From contig CP089277.1 in NCBI GenBank assembly GCA_023920165.1, positions 1,302,001 to 1,366,000 of the forward strand: 64,000 nt of DNA, written 5' to 3'. The notes under the pieces are model-generated. The model ran no database searches and had not been told where the DNA came from. It saw only the letters and a program-made list of their open reading frames with translations. This stretch comes from Curvularia clavata (lineage: Eukaryota). Positions 59,105-64,000 of the stretch are shown here, one piece after another. The position numbers were made by a program, and so were the translations under genes. The stretch's first letter is position 1, and the number at the start of each line of letters is the position of its first letter.

Positions 59105-59783
59105 ATGGTACGCACCCATCTTCCAGCACCGCTTGAGGCATTGGCAAGAGGCCAGCTAGAGAAAGCAATGCTACAGCATTCTTTCCAGCCCAGCCTCGTT
59201 GCCGCCCCCCTCCCCGCCTTGTACAGAAAAAAAGAACCTTATCACTAACATGTATCACCACAGTCGGACGGAGAAGACGATACCAAGTCCCAAGTCAGCG
59301 CGGCCGCCGAGGTCGAGGTCTCTGCCGATGCATCCGGCGGTAAGGGCCAGATGAGCGTGCTCGAGGCGCTCAAGGGCGTGCTCAAGCTCGCTCTCATCCA
59401 CGACGGTCTTGCCCGTGGTCTCCGCGAGGCCTCCAAGGCCCTCGACCGCCGTGAGGCGCACATGTGCGTCCTCAACGAGGCTTGCGAGGAGGAGGCCTAC
59501 AAGAAGCTCGTTGTTGCCCTGTGCTCCGAGCACAAGATTCCTCTCATCAAGGTCCCCGATGGCAAGCAGCTCGGCGAGTGGGCTGGTCTTTGTACGTTTC
59601 TCCAATCCAATTCATGATTTTGGTTCAGGACATTTGCTAACAGATTTTTTTTCAACAGGCCAGATCGACCGTGAGGGCAACCCCCGCAAGGTCGTCAACT
59701 GCTCTTGCGTCGTCGTCAAGGACTGGGGTGAGGAGTCCCAGGAGCGCAGCATCCTCCTCAACTACTTCCAGACCGAGCAGTAA
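59105..59783 (+). CDS. rps12: 40S ribosomal protein S12 (eS12), 151 aa; exons 59105-59107, 59264-59591, 59659-59783
   Basis: [21 protein letters not shown]...[34 protein letters not shown]. The first coding exon is the ATG alone. Strongly biased codon usage. Confidence 0.97.
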
Positions 59784-60479
59784 ACGTGCTCTCTCTTTTT
59801 TCTAGAAGAGCATGATGCCTCATCGACCTGAGCGACCTTTTTTTTCTTTCTCGCACAATCAAGACCTTTTCCCGCGGCTTAGGGACGGCGACGTGTCGGG
59901 CGTGGTAAATGGAGTTTGGTTGGGAGACGTGAAGGGGTTTACGATGTGGTACGATTGGTTGTAGAGAATCTAGACTGGCCTCTTCTTCTTCGACAGGGAA
60001 GAGTGCTATGATACCAATGAGAAAGGATCAACGTAACCAGTTGTGCCTTTTTTTTTGCTGTGTGAATTGATTTGATGTGTGGAGGAAAAGTTCTCTCATT
60101 CATTGAGAGGATGCCCCGCGCTGTCTGCCAGTACGCTTTAACACGCTACGAGCGAACATTGACAGTCTTTTTCATGAATAACAGACAACAGGCAAACATA
60201 CAGGACGAGACGAAGCGTATTTCTATGACTGATGAATCCATTCACCTCTTCTATAGATTTCCCGCTAGTTTCTGTCTTTTTTTTCTTTGCTGTGTACCCA
60301 AATCCATACACAACAGAGTGGACTATTCCCCTTTCTCTGCTCCGAAAGGAAAAAATGTGCTTGTTTCTATGCTACGCTATGCAAGAGAGGAATTGAGGGA
60401 AAGAGAAGAAAAAGGAACGAAGAGAAAAGATTTCTCAATATAGCTGGCCCCTTGTCTCTCTTATGCGTCTTTTACCCCA

Positions 60480-60510
60480 CTACTACTACAACAACAACAA
60501 TGGTAACAAC
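60480..60510. repeat. Compound (CTA)n(CAA)n trinucleotide microsatellite just downstream of the kinase stop codon
   Basis: ctactactacaacaacaacaa seen directly. Confidence 0.7.
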
Positions 60511-60530
60511 GGCTCTTCTGGGCGGAAAAA

Positions 60531-63500
60531 TCATACATCTCTCACTCTCTGCCTTGGAATCTCCGTCTCGACCATTTCCAAGCCACTCAGACTGGGATAC
60601 CGCTTGGTAAATGTATCGACATCAAGATCGTCGGTATTGTTGTTTCCAACAGGCGGTAAGGGCTTATTAGTATTACTGTCATTGTTGTAGTCTCTTGCAG
60701 CTGTGGACTTGGTGGGCGAAGAAGACGAAGGGGGGAGGACTGGAGTACCCGTCTGCAGGGCTTTTGGCTTGGGAGCACGGGGCGGCGGGCCAGATGGGTT
60801 GCGCATGTTGCTGATGGTGGGTGGGGCGGAAGCGGAAGGGTTGGGTGGCGGCATGTTGGGTCGGATCGAGGACGATGTCGACGAGGGCTTTGCATAATTG
60901 ACATCTTGCGGTTGTGGTTGAGAAGGTACATTTACGGGCTTCCGGGCGACAACAGGAGGTTGCGGGCGTGAAGTAGTTCCGCTTTGGTCTTGGGGTCGCA
61001 TGGGCAGCGGTTTACCTGTGTCGGTGTATTTTCCGTAACCTTCCGCTGTGCGATTGGCAGGGGCTGGCTTATTGCTTTCTTCGAGGAGGTTCTTGACCCG
61101 GCTCTGGATAGTGGAGGCTTTGGATGGACCTGGCTTTGCCTTTCCTTCGGCTTGCAATGCCATCCGTTGCTTGTACTCGGCTGCTGCGGCTTCTACACGG
61201 CGCTCTTCTTCTGCCAACTGTCGCTTTTCCAACTCCCGTCGAACCTCTGGGGACAGGTCCTGGGTTTCGTCAATGGCACTGCGATCATCATCGCTGAGTC
61301 CACCTGTAGCTTCCGAGCCAGCAATGGGGGTCAGGCCGCCTTTGGAGCTCACGTGCTGGTCGTTGCCTACCGTCATGGACGGCTGGTCACGTTCATGCTC
61401 AGGTGTCTTTCCAGTCGTCTCAAAGCGACGGAAGGCGTCACCAAATTTACCCTTGACGATGTTGGTCAAGCTGCCACGTTTGCCGTGCTTGGTTTGCGAG
61501 CTGCTGCGGCGATGTTTGTGGCCATGCTCTTCCTGCTCCATGCTTCGGAGAAAGTCTACACTGGACCGGACATTTCTCTCTTCAGGCTCTGAATCATCCA
61601 CTGCATGTGAAGTTGTACGACGTAACAGTGACGGTGCATCAAAGTTCCGGCCGGATGTCATCTCTCGGTCTCGCAAGTAGTCAAGGTTTGACTCGACGTG
61701 TATGCTGACGGGACGGGAGTTTGAGTTTGCAGATCTCGAGCGATCTATAGCAGAGCCGATCTCCATGGTGGTTGGGCGTTGGCTCTCCAACGAGGGTCTT
61801 GCTGATGCAGGTGACCTGGGAATGCTGAGCTGGGATTTGGATCTTGATTCAAACGAGGGTCGTGCAGGCAAAGCATATTCGGGCTTTAGTGCTGGACTCG
61901 ATAGAGGGCTTCCAGGCGGTTTCTCAAACGAACGCGATTGGCTTGAAGTTCGTCCGTGATGCGAGCTCAGAGGGACCTTCCAGATTGGACGGCTGTTGAC
62001 GTCTGGGTACTTTTGTTGTGCAGGGACAGGAGATGCCCGTGGAGATGTTTGTACTCCAGTAGACACCATATTGACTCTCTGTGGAATGGGCTGATATATA
62101 CCCTGGTTGGACGGCTGTGAGTTGTCATTGGATTCATGAGGCGCAGATTTTTTCAATGATGTAGTTCTCGAAAGACCGCCTGAAGACACCGTCGAAGGTT
62201 TCACACCCGGCGCAGAATCGACCTTTGTGAGTGGAGGGGATGCAAAAGCCTCGTCTGCCAGTGCATCTGTAACACGCTTGCTCAGCTCTGGATCAGAAGA
62301 AATTGGAGCTTCCCCAAATTCAAACTTCTGACCTCTGTCGTGCAACAAAGAAAACTCGTCCAGAGATGGAAAACGAGATGCAAGCTCGTCAGCTGCAGCA
62401 CGTCTCACTTGGACGTCCTGAGAGTCAAGTGCCGCAAAGGGGTCGGAGGTGGTTCCTCTCATGGGGGATGGATTGGCCCTGGGCGCTGCTGGAGGTTGCT
62501 GAACTGGCCCTGTTGGTCGACCTCTCCTCATGGGGGTGATATCCGGTAATTGTTGAACCTGTACTGTGGGAGCAACGCGTTGCAGACCCACGACAGGTGG
62601 GGGTGTAGAGACCTGAGGCTCCGAAGGAGGCAATTGCTGGTGTTGCCGAGTTTCTGATGGAGTCCTGCCAGAGTAGATCTGGCATGTCTTAGCAACTGAA
62701 AGTTGAGCCAGTATCTGATACATACATCTTTGATAGGGATCGGGCGATGGCGCATTGAGCAGACCTCGGCAACCACTTGGTAGATGTTTGGACGATGCTG
62801 AGGATTCTCACGCAACATTGAACCTGTCAAGGGTCAGCTGTGCCAGTAGTTTGCTTATGCAGCCACCCACCTATGAGTGCCTTGATCCTATCTGAGAACT
62901 GCGGGTATGCTGGGTATTTGAACGATGCATTGAGGATGGCCATCTGGCCCACCTCTTCAAACGGAGTGGTGTAGTAACACAGTTTGTACAACAGCACGCC
63001 CAAGGCCCAGATGTCACTCTTTTCGTCTATTGGCTGCTTGCGGTATACATCAATCATTTCTGGACTGCGGTACTGCAGCGTAGTGTGGCGCTGGACGTCT
63101 TCTTCAATCAGCCTGCCCTCGGCAGCGGTAGTAGCAGCTGGGCGCGGGGGCGCTGTAGAGCCAAAGTCGCAGAGCTTGTATATCTTGTTGCCGTTGACGG
63201 TGGTGATGAGGACGTTTTCGACTTTGAGGTCACGGTGGAGGAGCGGTGGCTTGAGGTAGTGCATGGTTGCAACGCCCTCGACGACATCGGAGAAGATGTG
63301 CAGAATCTCAGGCTCCGTCAATCTATGCTGGAGCCTAGTGTTCATGAAGTCGATGAGCCCTCCGCCCGAGCAAAACTCCATGAGCAGGAAGACCTCGTAG
63401 CCGCCCGACTTGAGCTGTGAGGCGTGCGAGTCCATGTAAGTGACAATCTTACTGTGGCCCTTGAGCTTCTTCATCGTCTCCACCTCTGTGCGCATGTTTG

Positions 63501-63777
63501 CCAGGGCCTCCTTGTCTGCGCAGGCGACTCGCTTGAGCACCGCCGTCTCTGGTGTTTTGGAGTCTGTCTTTGGGACGCGGACCAGGTAGACATGGGCGAA
63601 ACCGCCCTCGGAAAGGTACTTTTCGATTGTGACGCGGTGGTTGCCAACCTGGACCTTTGTGCCGGGGGCAAAGGTACCCGGGGGGCCATTGGAGACGGCG
63701 ATGGGGCCTGGGGCACGGTATGCTGCCTGTTGGGCCATGGGCATGGCGGCCGAGGGAGCATAGCGAGCAGAGGACAT
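60531..63777 (-). CDS. Ark1/Prk1/Akl1-family (NAK) Ser/Thr kinase, 1050 aa; exons 63777-62871, 62823-62726, 62678-60531
   Basis: EGGFAHVY, AVLKRV, LLMEFCSGGGLIDFMNTRL, HRDLKVEN, CDFGS, HTTLQYRSPEMID and KSDIWALG. The low-complexity tail contains DPF and RFPSL/RYPSL motifs. Confidence 0.93.
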
Positions 63778-64000
63778 GATGGGCGGTGAGGGAGACTGCA
63801 GCGGAGCAGGGCAACGGCGGGGTGGCTATATCTTGCGCATCGAGGAGACAGGGCGAGGGGCAGAGCAGTTGGAGGGGAGGCGGAGGGGTGCAAGGGCGGT
63901 GGTGTTGAGTAAAGGTGGCATGCGCCGAGATGGTTGTGATGGGAGGGTCGTGAACGGACCCCTGCAACCTGGGACGGCATGGGCAAAGCAAAGCCACGCC

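Overview
Gene-dense eukaryotic DNA from a filamentous ascomycete, most likely a Dothideomycete (Pleosporales-like), judged from protein similarity and short GT-AG introns with CTRAY branch points. I reconstructed 24 protein-coding genes by hand, and every spliced model closes in frame: an F-box-like/DUF6546-type protein, the DHN-melanin 4HN reductase, a SurE phosphatase, a Med2-like protein, Pub1, Pif1, Vma3, Snu13, myotubularin, Msl5/BBP, a Nu/Ure2-like GST, an XlnR-family Zn2Cys6 paralogue, the divergent gaaC/gaaA galacturonate pair, a BAG co-chaperone, a NuSAP-like basic protein, a Par32-like protein, PacC, a nucleoside hydrolase, a ferric reductase, TeaR, Rps12 and an Ark1/Prk1-family kinase. 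The strongest non-coding signal is in the apparently empty gap after gaaA (~36.9-38.5 kb, + strand): a candidate telomerase RNA. It has a vertebrate-like template/pseudoknot core, a CUAAACCCU template that predicts plant-type TTTAGGG telomeres, and a non-canonical AU-donor intron that could set its 3' end. Other leads are an array of branch-point motifs inside the intron of the branch-point-binding protein gene (possible autoregulation), a GUG-initiated membrane-anchored BAG isoform, and galacturonate-response motifs upstream of the XlnR paralogue next to gaaC/gaaA. No transposon, tRNA, rRNA or CRISPR was recognised. All family assignments come from remembered motifs and all base pairings were read by eye; no search or folding program was run.
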